In this document: piece after piece, positions 1-11,590 of the stretch | Position numbering within the stretch: the first letter of the stretch is position 1 | How the letters are laid out: each line of letters starts with the position of its first letter | Assembly: GCA_965113315.1 (NCBI GenBank) | Contig: OZ220379.1 | Strand: one strand, 5' to 3' | Length of the DNA stretch: 64,000 nt | Source: Podarcis vaucheri | Lineage: Eukaryota | The notes under the pieces: generated by a model | What the model was told of the DNA's origin: nothing | What the model saw: only the letters and a program-made list of their open reading frames with translations | The model's database searches: none | Position numbers and translations under genes: made by a program

Positions 1-72
1 GTGGAGGAGCAGGGAATCGAACCCAGTTCACCAGATTACGAGTCCACCGCTCTTAACCATTATACCACACTG
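1..72 (-). mobile_element. 5' tRNA-derived head of a SINE (Squam2/MIR-like), cut by the window edge
   Basis: Reverse complement shows A box TGGTATAATGG and B box GGTTCGATTCC. Confidence 0.7.
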
Positions 73-1562
73 GAAAAAGAATGTATGACTAGATGGGCCT
101 TCCGTCTGAAGCACTAAAGCAAATGGTGCTTCTTATTCTCCAGACGAGCTCTATAGTTGCCCCATTGTGGATGCATTAGGTACTGGCTGATAAATGCTTC
201 CTTTCCAGGGGCACTTTTACAGAGGGGAAGGGGAATGAAGTTTCAGGACAGAGGAGCAAGATTCTCAGTAAGATTCATTATATTCAAGATTTAAGTTTTA
301 TTAATATTTTTCATTATTCATCAATTCCACCCTTGAAATATTGTTTTCCCCTGGGCAGCTTCCACAAACAGCATTTTGCTTTCAAAAGCATCCGTTGAAT
401 TTTTACACCTCCTAACACGCTTAGCTATGTGCTCCACATTTTGCTGCTGGTGGTGCAGTTGCCAGTGAAGCAAAAGGAATTTGCTGTTTTGGTAGGTGCA
501 CGCAATAGTCGTCTGTTTCATTGTTTCTAGCAGTATTCAGGAATACACATGGCCTTGAGAAATAAATCTTATGAGATCTGAAACTCGGAGTGTGGAATGG
601 AAGAGGGATACTTGGAGTCAGCTTCATATTCCCCCTAAATTGTATGCCGCCGCCACCCAACTATCTAAGGAGTATGAACTCCGAAGTTACATACTAAGGG
701 GTCAGTGGAATCAACTGGTTGGGGAATAATTCTTTATGGGCAGAACACAGATCTATTTGTCAGTGGAGACTGGTCCATTAGAGTGAATGGGACCCTCCTC
801 CACCAACTGCAGCCTCCATGAGCCAATGAGACGCTTGTTTCAGAAACGACCAATGCCGTGTTTACCCTTCACAACTGTTGGGACACCTCCCATCATCCAT
901 GGCCGGTGGCCATGCTGTCTGGGGATGATGGGAGTGAAGCCCAGCCACACCGCTGCTTTATGCAAGAAAATAATAATCACCGCTGCCCATCCAGCTCAGA
1001 TGCGTGGTAACGGGCACTGCTTACCAAAGGAGGAAAGGGCACTTGCGCTGATTCACAAGCTCTGGGGCTGAGCTTGGAGCGATTCATTAGCAATGAGAGC
1101 TTGTTCAGGCTGAACCTCAAGCCTGGAATCAACTCAGGGGCTTCAACATTAATGTGCAGGATTGGAATTCTCCTCTCGTCATTCAGCAGCACAGCACATG
1201 AATACTAGTAAGGAGGGAATTAAAATCCTTTTCTTTTTGTGATTGCTATGGATTCTCCACGGTTTGGAAGCTCCATCCATAATAGGTAGGTAGACTACCT
1301 ATAAGGCAAACATGGAGCTTGCTGTTTGCCTTACGCTCCCTGCCCCAATACACTGTCAAATGAAAATCCCAGTGGATAGCAATACACTTCTCACAGGCAA
1401 CAAATCATAGATAATCCGACACATTGGTGGACTGAATTCATCCCTATCAAAACAGTGCCATCTGCATCACAACGTACCTCACATTAGCTTGCTTCAATTA
1501 TTTTACTCATTAAACGCAGAAGGGGATTTTTTTTGCTATCTGGTAACATCACATCACATTAA

Positions 1563-1822
1563 GGGACGCGGGTGGCACTGTGGGTAAAACCTCAGCGCCT
1601 AGGGCTTGCCGATCGCATGGTTGGCGGTTCGAATCCCCGCGGCGGGGTGAGCTCCCGTCTTTCGGTCCCAGCTCCTGCCCACCTAGCAGTTCGAAAGCAC
1701 CCTTAAGTGCAAGTAGATAAATAGGTACCGCTTTATAGCGGGAAGGTAAACAGCGTTTCTGTGTGCTGTGCTGGCGCCGGCTAACCAGAGCAGCTTCGTC
1801 ACGCTGGCCACGTGACCCGGAA
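1563..1822 (+). mobile_element. Sauria SINE, 3'-truncated
   Basis: GGGACGCGGGTGGC head, B box GGTTCGAATCC, conserved GTGCAAGTAGATAAATAGGTACC core. Confidence 0.9.
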
Positions 1823-2027
1823 CAAGAGCTGTTTGAAGAATCGCTGTGTTGTCTGATATGTTCACCCACAACTTAACAGGAACTGTAGTCCAAAAACAGC
1901 TGGAGGCCCAAGTTTGGGAAGCCCTGCTCTAGGGTACCACCACATCTTGCCATCTTCTGTCATTTAAAGTGGCCCAAGCTTTTATTATGGCATCCTCAAG
2001 GATAATCCAAAGAGATCAATTAAAGGT

Positions 2028-2070
<43 letters not shown>
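2028..2070. repeat. (CA)n(GA)n microsatellite
   Basis: Seen directly; a similar compound repeat lies at about 58880-58950. Confidence 0.95.
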
Positions 2071-2411
2071 CAGTCCAACTTCGATGGCCACCTTCCTCCC
2101 TCTGCTTGGCTCTGCCTCGCCTGCACAGCCCCCACCTGCCATTCTTGAAGGGCTTGGCAGCCCTGCAGGTGCAAGTCTCTCTCTCCAGCGTGGTGAGAGC
2201 TATGAATAGTAAAGGTTTTTAGCTCAAGCACATGGAGGCTGTTTAGCAGCCACTGGATAATCCCCAGTTAATCAGATTATGCAAATTCTTCCTTCAAGCC
2301 CCCTTGCCCTTCTCCCCCACTTTCTAAAATGAGAAATTTAGCCCTGCTAAAGAAAAACCCCAAGTAGCACGAAGATTCAGCTCTGCTAACTCCATGCTTT
2401 CACCCACAAAT

Positions 2412-2601
2412 NNNNNNNNNNNNNNNNNNNNNNNNNNNNNNNNNNNNNNNNNNNNNNNNNNNNNNNNNNNNNNNNNNNNNNNNNNNNNNNNNNNNNNNNN
2501 NNNNNNNNNNNNNNNNNNNNNNNNNNNNNNNNNNNNNNNNNNNNNNNNNNNNNNNNNNNNNNNNNNNNNNNNNNNNNNNNNNNNNNNNNNNNNNNNNNNN
2601 N
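2412..2601. other. Assembly gap (190 N)
   Basis: Run of N. Confidence 1.
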
Positions 2602-3230
2602 AGAGACATAGTAGCCACTCTATAAGAACGAGCAACTGGAAGCCTTGGGGGGGGGGAACCCAGTCCTATGGTTTGTGCCCGAGCTGTGAGACAGGAGACA
2701 AAAGAGGTGCAAGGCAGGGGTGATGTCTATATTGTCATTAGTTGCTATTTTAAAAAAACAGATTTTAAAAATTGCTTGGCACAAGTTATCAACGGAGCAC
2801 ACAAGATAAAACACAAAAGGTACAAAAGTCTAAAAAGACACACATACCAAAACCCATCTCTATAGCTCTGCATCTAATATTTCACAAATGGCTACGCCTT
2901 TCTGAATAAGAAATGGATACAGTACGCTCCTAAACATTAATTCACTTTACACCTATCTGGCAACTCGTCCCAGAGTGCTGGAGCTGCAACACTAAAAGCC
3001 CAGTTTCTAATATAAACTAAGCACATCTCTGGGATATTTGGTACTCTCAGCAATACCCTATCTCAGGGGTGTACCTGCTGGGCAGGGAGGCAGTCCTTAA
3101 GGTAACTTGGTCCCGAGTTATAGCACTGGAACTGGCAAACAGGATACCTGGAGCCCATTACGCCCAACTCATTTCTCAAAGAGTTACTCTGGCAAAAGTA
3201 GTTCCAGGAAGAGATCGCTACAGTATAAAG

Positions 3231-3366
3231 CAGGCCTAGGCAAACTCTGCCCTCCAGATGTTTTGGGACTACAACTCGCATCATCCCTAGCCAACAGGAC
3301 CAGTGGTCAGGGATGATGGGAATTGTAGTCTCAAAATATCTGGAGGGCTGAGTTTGCCTATGCCTG
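3231..3366. mobile_element. Palindromic hAT-type MITE
   Basis: Long imperfect hairpin; 8-bp TSD GTATAAAG. Confidence 0.9.
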
Positions 3367-4279
3367 GTATAAAGATTTAGATGTGGCTGAAGGAGATATT
3401 ATTCAGCTTTGTTTTACAGAACTTCTCAGATGACAGATCTATATCTTTATATCTATCAATATCCATATCTGTTCCTGCTTATTTCCCCGTTGTTTATTTA
3501 TTTGGGGAAAGATGGACAGTGTTCAAAGAATAACTAACTAACTAACCGAGACGAGGTGAGCCCTGCATGCTGTGGGTCCAAGAGACTCCCCCCCCCCCCC
3601 GTATCATAATCTTGATTTGGTAGAGTCGATAACATTAGGATTATCACGTCAAAACTTGGAGATTATCCCCGTATTTCTTGAAACAGGATGATCAGACTGG
3701 TATAACAATCTCCCCCTACCCCTGATCCAAGTCATTTCCACTGCCCAATCCTATGCCTGTTCATATACCTGCTTGCAACAGCAGGTGGTGGCTAGGCAGC
3801 AAAAGGTGAAGTAGATACAGTTTCTTCATCTCCTGATTTCAGTACTAAAGAGCTATAAGGGGAATCTCCAGATTACGATCTGGCAACCCTAACCAACCCA
3901 AATTCTAATCAAAAATAGAATGATAATTGTGCACACCTCAGACCAGTGGCCAAAATGATAGGTTTCTGTGCCTGGAAGGTGAGTCTGCAAGACTTGAAAG
4001 GGTCAAAATAATCCAAAACCATTGCTTAAAGCACACCTGCAACACCCACGGGTGAATCTACAAGGCAATTGATCAAAAGATGTTTTGCATGTGCCAAAGG
4101 ACAGTTGTCCCTTTGATTCGTTTTTCTTGTTGTTTTGCAAGCAGCTATACTTTTTCCGTTGTGCATGAAAATGTCCTTTGGTGTTGCGGTAAATGACTGG
4201 AGGGGCTACAACAGGGGCGGTTTGCAAATCCTGAGGTAAAGAGCCCTTGTTTTTCCTCCTATTACTAGGAAAGCAGAAA

Positions 4280-4301
4280 TGTGTGTGTGTGTGTGTGTGT
4301 G

Positions 4302-4345
<44 letters not shown>
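4280..4345. repeat. (TG)11(CG)3(CA)19 compound microsatellite
   Basis: Seen directly. Confidence 0.95.
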
Positions 4346-4348
<3 letters not shown>

Positions 4349-4946
4349 GTACCTGTAGAAACACCCCTGCACTTCAGTGCCAGATTACCAAATAGGCAGA
4401 GTTGACACTGGCCTTCGGGCCCCACTCCTTTTGGGGCCCCACAACAACAGATCTAAATAATATTGATTGGCTCTTGGAAGAAAATTACTATCGAGTTTTC
4501 TTAGTTCAGTGTTATCCCACTAGAGCATGCGCACAAGAAACCTCCAGATACAAAGCTTTCTGTCAGTCTGTCGCGAGTTCCCCTCGACTCCAGATCCTAG
4601 TAGAATATTCACGAGTAGAAGCATAAATATTGTTTGTCGTCGCTCTTGCGAGCACCCCCCCCAAAAGATTTCAACTGCCTAGGGGCCTTCGCAGGGTTTA
4701 ATCTGGCACCCCTGCACTTGAATATAAAGAATCTTTCTTACTGTAGTACAGATCAACAGCTGCCACCTGCCTGAAGTGACTCTTTGGATTCCAGCTAATA
4801 TACTTGCCACAAACCCTCCAACCTTCCTCAGTTAAGCCACCTTCACAGCATTTCCTATCAGAAGAAGAAGGGCAAATGACACCAATGGGACACAGAACAT
4901 GCACACTGTCCTGAGAAAACCCCATGACCCTGATTTTATTTTATTA

Positions 4947-5446
4947 TAGTGGTACCTCAGTTTACGAACATTTCGGAAGTCGAATGCTTCAGTTTTCAAA
5001 TGCCGAAAACCCAGAGGTAAATGCTTCCATTTTCGAACGCACCTCAGAAGTCGAACGGCTTCCGCTGAGTCCCCCCCCCATTTTCTCTATTGAATTTGCA
5101 GGCCGCCCTTTGCGCCTCAGTTTTCAAAGGTTTTAGAAGTCAAACAGTCTTCTAGAAATGAGTACAGTGGCACCTTTGGTTGCGAACAGGATCCGTTCCG
5201 GAGGCCTGTTCGCAACATGAAAAGAACGCAACCCGCAGTGGCGCATCTGTGCACGCGCGATTTGCGATTCGTCGCTTCTGTGCATGCGTGTGACGTCATT
5301 TTGCGCGTCTGCGCATGCGCGAGCGGCGAAACCCGGAAGTAACCCTTTCCGGCAGTTCCGTGTCGCCGCGGGACATAACCTGAAAGAAAGTAACATGAAG
5401 CGGACGTAACATGAGGTATGACTGTACGTTCGAAAACCAAGGTACA
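4947..5446. mobile_element. Tc1/mariner (Tigger-like) MITE with a second MITE (5165-5424) nested at a TA
   Basis: Outer TA|TAGTGGTACCTC ... AAAACCAAGGTAC; inner TA|CAGTGGCACC...GTATGACTG|TA. Confidence 0.8.
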
Positions 5447-5980
5447 AACCAAACAACAAACCAAAACAAAAAGGGAAACACACACCATTTTAGAAAGGGG
5501 CAAGATAAGACGCGTAAGCACAAAGCATTTAAAATAATTATCATCACAACTCCTTGCACTCTGCCCATTCTTCCCGCCCAGGGTGGCCCTGCCCTCAACC
5601 TGCCCCTCATGTGGCTGGCACATGCTGTGGGGCTGGGGCTTAGTGGCAGCAGCCTCTCCTCCCCCTGGCCCACTCTCCAGGAGCTGCTACAAGCTGCTGA
5701 AGGGAAGAGGCCTGCCACAGCAGCCGTGGAGAAGCAAGGAGATGCTCCCTCGCAGTGACTGGCATCATCATGGTTCTCACTTGGGACAAACGCCGGCTCC
5801 TTATCCTCCCCGAGCTCAGTGCTGGTAGCGCTGGCGGGGAAAATAGGGACATCCCTAGATCAAACCAGAAGCCAAGATGGCTTTGATAATTCCAGGACTG
5901 TCCCTGGAAAATCAGGACGCTTGGAGGATATGTTGTTCTATGCTAACTGGTTCGTGCAGGAAAAGGATATGTTTCAGTTA

Positions 5981-6206
5981 CAATGATACCTCGGGTTAAG
6001 TACTTAATTCGTTCCGGAGGTCCGTTCTTAACCTGAAACTGTTCTTAACCTGAAGCACCACTTTAGCTAATGGGGCCTCCCGTTGCCGCCATGCCGCCAG
6101 AGCACAATTTCTGTTCTCATCCTGAAGCAAAGTTCTTAACCCGAGGTACTTTTTCTGGGTTAGCGGAGTCTGTAACCTGAAGCAGATGTAACCCGAGGTA
6201 CCACTG
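5981..6206. mobile_element. Tigger-like MITE family A
   Basis: TA TSD; TIR CAGTGGTACCTCGGGTTA (left end degenerate); copies at 13983-14224, 60251-60492 (inverted) and partial at 56823-56939. Confidence 0.9.
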
Positions 6207-8200
6207 TACAGTTGTCCCATGCCACTTAAAGGTCGAAGCCAACACTTTTAACGGCGCTCAGAAATGCTGGAGATCAGTGCCGCTGCCTAACAACCAGTGA
6301 GATGCTACCTATAGCCAGACCCAGTTGCTGTATTGTGCACTAACTAAACAACCCTTACAGGCAGCTGTATGTCCAGGGCAGGGCACTAACCTAAGCAAGA
6401 TGTTACCAGTGACTGTGGCTCTATCCGGCAGCAAGTACACGTTGGCTGAAATTAATTCCGTTCAAAAGAGCAGATTTTTCACTGCTCGTTGAGAGGCTAA
6501 CAGCAACTGGGTCAGGACAGAGGGCATTCAAAAATCACAGCTCCACTGAGAAAGTTCTCTGGCAAGATTTGACTTATAATAAAATATCCATAAAGCTAGG
6601 GCCCTACCAACCGGGTAGGTCTATAATGGATGACATGCTCTTGTATTAAGCTTCTCCCCGCATCTTTTTCCATGCTAAATGCCAGCAACTTGCACATAAA
6701 AGGGGGAAAGGCTCCCATTGCTATTAAATAAATGCTGTTGGGCGGTGTATTATGTGTTTTCTGAGAAGTTCTCAGATGTCTTTTTATCCTCGGCCTCCCG
6801 CCTCCGATTGAGCCGAAGCCTACACAAGAGGCACAAAAACCGCAGCAGATAAATAAAAGATTCCCTCGAACAGCAGGTACTCTTCGCACCATAAATTCTC
6901 AGCCCATGAAAAGCTGCAAACAACAGCCGTTGCTTCCTCACACCGCACAGACACAGTCACACACAAAGCAGAGGTTGCCCTGCCAAGAAACAGAGGCAGT
7001 TGCCAGCCAAGGGGTGGGCTTTTTCAAAGGGCATTGGCCAAACAGCAGCGTTTGTGAGCTGCTCCTGTAATGCTGAAAACTGTCATTATTCCATTCCTGA
7101 AGGATTTACGTGTAAAGGTCAGCTAGCATAAATCCGTCACCTGTAAATCTCGGTTCAGTCCTCTGCTAGGGTTGCGGTTTGAGTCCGGATCTGAGAAATT
7201 GCTGGATGACTATGAAGCAAAGTTGTCTCCGGGCAAGTCACAATTTCTCAGCCCAGCAAGGCAGGGTTATCGTGAAGCCTTGGAGAAAAAGCGGAATATG
7301 GATATAATAAATACCTACATGTGTAAAGGAATCAGACATCTAACTGTTCTCAGACTGTTTGAATTAGCTAGGTTGTAAAACTGTACTTTTCACATTCCTA
7401 AATCCTGTTTTGAGGATTAATTTCCCTGCAATGCACAAGCCAGTTCCTCACATTTCAGTAGCAATTGCGTAGTATTCCCCCTACTTTACAATTATCAGCT
7501 TCGCTTGTCATATTTAATGGCTCTTAACGCTTGCAAGTAATATTTGCATAATCAATGCAGCAACATTAATGCAATTAACATGAACATATGGCCTATTCAC
7601 ACAAAATTCCACAAACCAGCCTTCATAGGGAGAAGCCTCCAGGTGGCTGTAGCAGCTATCATAAGGTATAGCTAATACAGTAGCCTAAAGAAAGCCCTTT
7701 TCCACCCCTCACTCAGGAGCATCTCACTTGCTTGTTCATCAGCCATTCACCTTCCAAGAGCATCTGGCTCCCTGAAGCAGGAGACAGAAATAAGGACATT
7801 TCTGCAGCTTCCTTTTCACTGTGACGTTCTTGTTCTTCTCTGCTTGCTACTGCCACAAGAAGCTGCATGCAACTCCTGAGCTGGTGCTGCCAGAGGTTAA
7901 GTAAATGGATAAGTGGCAGCACTGCCAATGGCTCTCCATGTGCATGTAGAGCAGCTGTCCAAACCAGTCACTGCTACAGTCACTTAGAGCCTTCTTCACA
8001 TGTGAACCAGCCGTAGTGACAGAGTGATAAGGAGGCTGCCTGCTCTAAAGTACAGGAATTTCAATGGGAAACTGGAAAATGGGAATTGCACGGACATCCT
8101 GGAAGCAAGCATGCAAATAATGAGATAGTTCAACAGTGATATTAGCACTGTAGATCATATACCTTTAAACGGATTACTATGTTAAATACTATGTTAAATA

Positions 8201-8547
8201 CAGTGGTGCCCCGCAAGACGAATGCCTCGCAAGACGGAAAACTCGCTAGACGAAAGGGTTTTCCGTTTTGGAGGTGCTTCGCAAAACAAATCTCCTATGG
8301 GCTTGCTTCGCAAGACGACAATGTCTTGCGAGTTCCTGCTGGTTCCCCCCCCCCTTTGTCTAAGCCGCTAAGCCGCTTATCAGCTGATCTGATCAGCAGA
8401 TAAGCCGCTAAAAGCCGCTAAAAGCCGCTAATAGCGCTAATAGCACTAATCCACTAATCCATCAATGGGCTTGCTTCACAAGACGAAAAAACCGCTAGAC
8501 GAAGAGAATCACAGAACGGATTCTTTTCGTCTTGCGAGGCACCACTG
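8201..8547. mobile_element. Tigger-like MITE family B with internal AAGCCGCTA repeats
   Basis: TA|CAGTGGTGCCCCGCAAGACG...CGTCTTGCGAGGCACCACTG|TA. Confidence 0.92.
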
Positions 8548-9421
8548 TAAGTAAATGTACAAGTGAGGGTTATTAAACATCAGCACTAGTGCATTTTGGA
8601 GGAAATGTGAGAGAATTTACAGTTAAATGAACAAAATGCACCCGCCATTTGGTATTAGAAGGAATTTTAAATATTTGCTTCTCCATTCTCTGTTGCTGAC
8701 TAGAACAAAATAGCTGTGGAAAATAAACAAGTGTGCCTTTAACTGCAATCCATAACCCACACTGGCATCCTAATTGATGAATAAACTTAAGCTTGCAACT
8801 CTTAAAAAAAAAACCTGACTCTTATAGCATGTCAGCTATGATACTGTTCAATCCAAAAACAGATGACATGGCTTTGCTTTGGTTGTATGAGAACTAAATG
8901 TGATTTTAAGAGATTCTGTATTTATTCCACTTTTGCCTCTGATGAACATTTTTGAAGGTTTATGCACACAGGTGCCCCAAGACATTTTTGCTTTCTGAAG
9001 GACACGCACATACACACACACACACTCCCCCCCAAAAAACACACACACTCCCCCCACAAAAAAACCTCCCACAAAATTACAGCACATAGTACCCAAACCA
9101 ATCAGTGAATTTTGTTACTTGAGGTAGACAATTTGATCAAATTTCTGATTTGATCCTGGAATGTCCCACTTTTCCTTAGGACGTCCCTATTTTCATCGGA
9201 GAAATATTGGAGAGTATGGAGTTATGTGACCCCCCAAGCCAAGGAGATAAGTAACTATGCAACCTTTAGAAGACATCTGAAGGCAGCCCTGTATAGGGAA
9301 GGTTTTTTATGTTTAATGTTTTATTAAAATATTTTTTATATGTTGGAAGCCGTATAGAGTGGTTAGGGTTACCCAGCCAAATGAGTGGGGTACAAATAAA
9401 ATTTAAATAATAATAATAATA

Positions 9422-9637
9422 CAGTGGGACCTTGGTTCTCAAACTTAATCCATTCTGGGAGTCCATTTGACTCCCAAAACCTTTCCACAACCAAGGCATG
9501 GCTTCTGATTGGCTAGCTCCTGCAGCCAATCGGAAGCCGCAGAAGCAGTGTCGGATGTTCAGCTTCCAAAAAACGTTCACAAACTGGAACACTCACTGCC
9601 GGGTTTGCTTAGTCGTTCGAGTACCAAGGTACCACTA
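9422..9637. mobile_element. Tigger-like MITE family C
   Basis: TA flanks; CTGCAGCCAATCGGAAGCCG core; related copies at 43999-44218, 21995-22129 and 17050-17204. Confidence 0.85.
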
Positions 9638-10567
9638 TACTATTATTGAATAGGACGTCCCTATTTTCATCGGAGAAATGTTGGAGGGCCTTCATTCATA
9701 TGTCTGGCTCCTCTTGTTTCTCTGTCTCATCCTTTCCCCATGAAAATGCGAAGCGACTGTTCAGAAAGCGTAAGGCAGGCCTCGTGTTATATGACTTGAG
9801 AAATCAGAATCCCCGTTCAGACCGTTGCCAGTAAATGGCAGCAATTGCTAGGGGATTTGGAGAGCGGGGGCGGGAGGAGGAGAGAGAATGGAGGAAGAGA
9901 AAGAGTGGAAGAAAAGGAGGGGTGGAAGAGGGTTTGCGTTTGGCTCTTCATTCTCTATTCATTGTGAAATGGGGATCACTCTAGCTAACTGGCCCAGAGA
10001 GATAAGGGTTTCAGACAATCTGCCTTAGGCTGATAAGGACAGCTTGCATTGCGGAAAGATTATTTGTTAAGAACCTTGGTGGAGTAAAATATACAGTCAA
10101 AGGCCTTATCGCTGGAACTCATTACCCATTCACACACATGGTCACCGTCACCAATTTTGCTATAAACACAAATCATCCGCTTGTAGCTGAACAACACAGG
10201 GATGATATACATGCATTGGTTGGGGGGAGGGGGAGACCAGAGATGGGGAAAGGAGGAGAAGAAATGAGCACATGCTTAGGACTCCTACAGCCACCACCAT
10301 TTGTCCCATTGTTTGAAGCCGCCATTCTCATTTAGCCATTTTTTAAAATAAAAGAGGACATATTCTTGTCCATCCTCAATGCTTCTTAACCACAGAGCTA
10401 GCCAAAGCTGAAGGTTGCTTCTCACTATTCAGTTTTATCTGAATGGTATAGCTCACTCCAGGGGCAGTTATTTTTCCTTGTGGCAAGAGTGAGTGCTAGA
10501 GATTTTCGGCATTTTACAATATCTGTTTCCTTATACAAGCTAATAGCTATGTCCTACCTCCCCTGGC

Positions 10568-11100
10568 TTGGGAGAAAAGCAATGACAAACCTAGACAGCA
10601 TCTTAAAAAGCAGAGACATCACCACCTTGCCAACAAAGGTCCGTATAGTTAAAGCTATGGGTTTCCCAGTAGTGATGTATGGAAGTGAGAGCTGGACCAT
10701 AAAGAAGGCTGATTGCTGAAGAATTGATGCTTTTGAATTATGGTGCTGGAGGAGACTCTTGAGAGTCCCAGGGACTGCAAGAAGATCAAACCTCTCCATT
10801 CTGAAGGAAATCAGCCCTGAGTGCTCACTGGAAGGACAGATTGTGAAGCTGAGGCTCCAATACTTTGGCCACCTCATGAGAAGAGAAGACTCTCTGGAAA
10901 AGACCCTGATGTTGGGAAAGATGGAGGGCACAAGGAGAAGGGGACGACAGAGGACGAGGTGGTTGGACAGTGTTCTCTAAGCTACCAGCATGAGTTTGAC
11001 CAAACTGCGGGAGGCAGTAGAAGACAGGAGTGCCTGGCATGCTCTGGTCCATGGGGTCACGAAGAGTCGGACACAACTAAACGACTAAACAACAACAACA
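10568..11100 (+). mobile_element. BovB (RTE) LINE 3' fragment
   Basis: RT C-terminus (KLRLQYFGHLMRREDSLEKTLMLGK...RWLD), (AAC)n tail, 12-bp TSD ACCTCCCCTGGC (10556-10567 / 11101-11112). Confidence 0.95.
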
Positions 11101-11452
11101 ACCTCCCCTGGCAGAGGCAGTATGCTTCTGAGTACCAGTTGCTAGAAGCAGCAAGAAGGAAAGGCGCAGTCGTGCTCAGGTTACAGCTTGCTGGTTGTGC
11201 ATGCGCAACTGATTACGCACGCTGAACCAGGTGGCTACTGGTCTGAACCCATAGGCTTGTCTTATCTCCACAGGATTGCGAAGTTGGGCACCGCTCTACA
11301 GTGCTGATGGTTCTCATTTTGAGTAGGTTTTGCCAATGTTATCAGAGGTAGCAAGGCAACATGGACCATCAGCTCCCTGCAAAGTCAGTAGAGATTGCTC
11401 CATTAGGGTGAATGTGGCACTGCCCCACCAATTCAAGTTGTCTTCAGCCAGT

Positions 11453-11590
11453 GCTGTTGGTTAGAACATGGTGCTAATCATGCCAAGGTTGCAGGTTCGA
11501 TTCCTGCATATTCCTGCCTTGCAGGGGGTTGGACTATATGATCCTCAGGGTCCCTTCCAACTAAAAATTTACCGTATATTCTATGATTCT
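11453..11590 (+). mobile_element. tRNA-headed SINE with CR1-type tail (Squam3-like)
   Basis: TTGGTTAGA A box, GGTTCGATTCC B box, CR1-like 3' end TTCTATGATTCT; minus-strand copies at about 45596-45735 and 59131-59270. Confidence 0.75.

Noticed and set aside
1-72. tRNA gene
   Set aside because: Has A and B boxes but no convincing acceptor stem; matches a SINE head. The same applies to the other tRNA-like heads.
2324-2723. ORFs spanning the N run
   Set aside because: Artefacts of the assembly gap.
5117-5852. Cluster of overlapping 70-168 aa ORFs
   Set aside because: Lie in GC-rich MITE or repeat sequence; no coding signature.
8360-8460. Short repeat array AAGCCGCTA (CRISPR-like or iteron-like)
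   Set aside because: No unique spacers; a slippage expansion inside a TA-flanked MITE in eukaryotic DNA.
10480-11225. RT-like ORFs as host genes (also 16157-16604, 17577-17901, 23566-23944)
   Set aside because: 5'-truncated BovB, L2 and CR1 fragments, several with stops or frameshifts.
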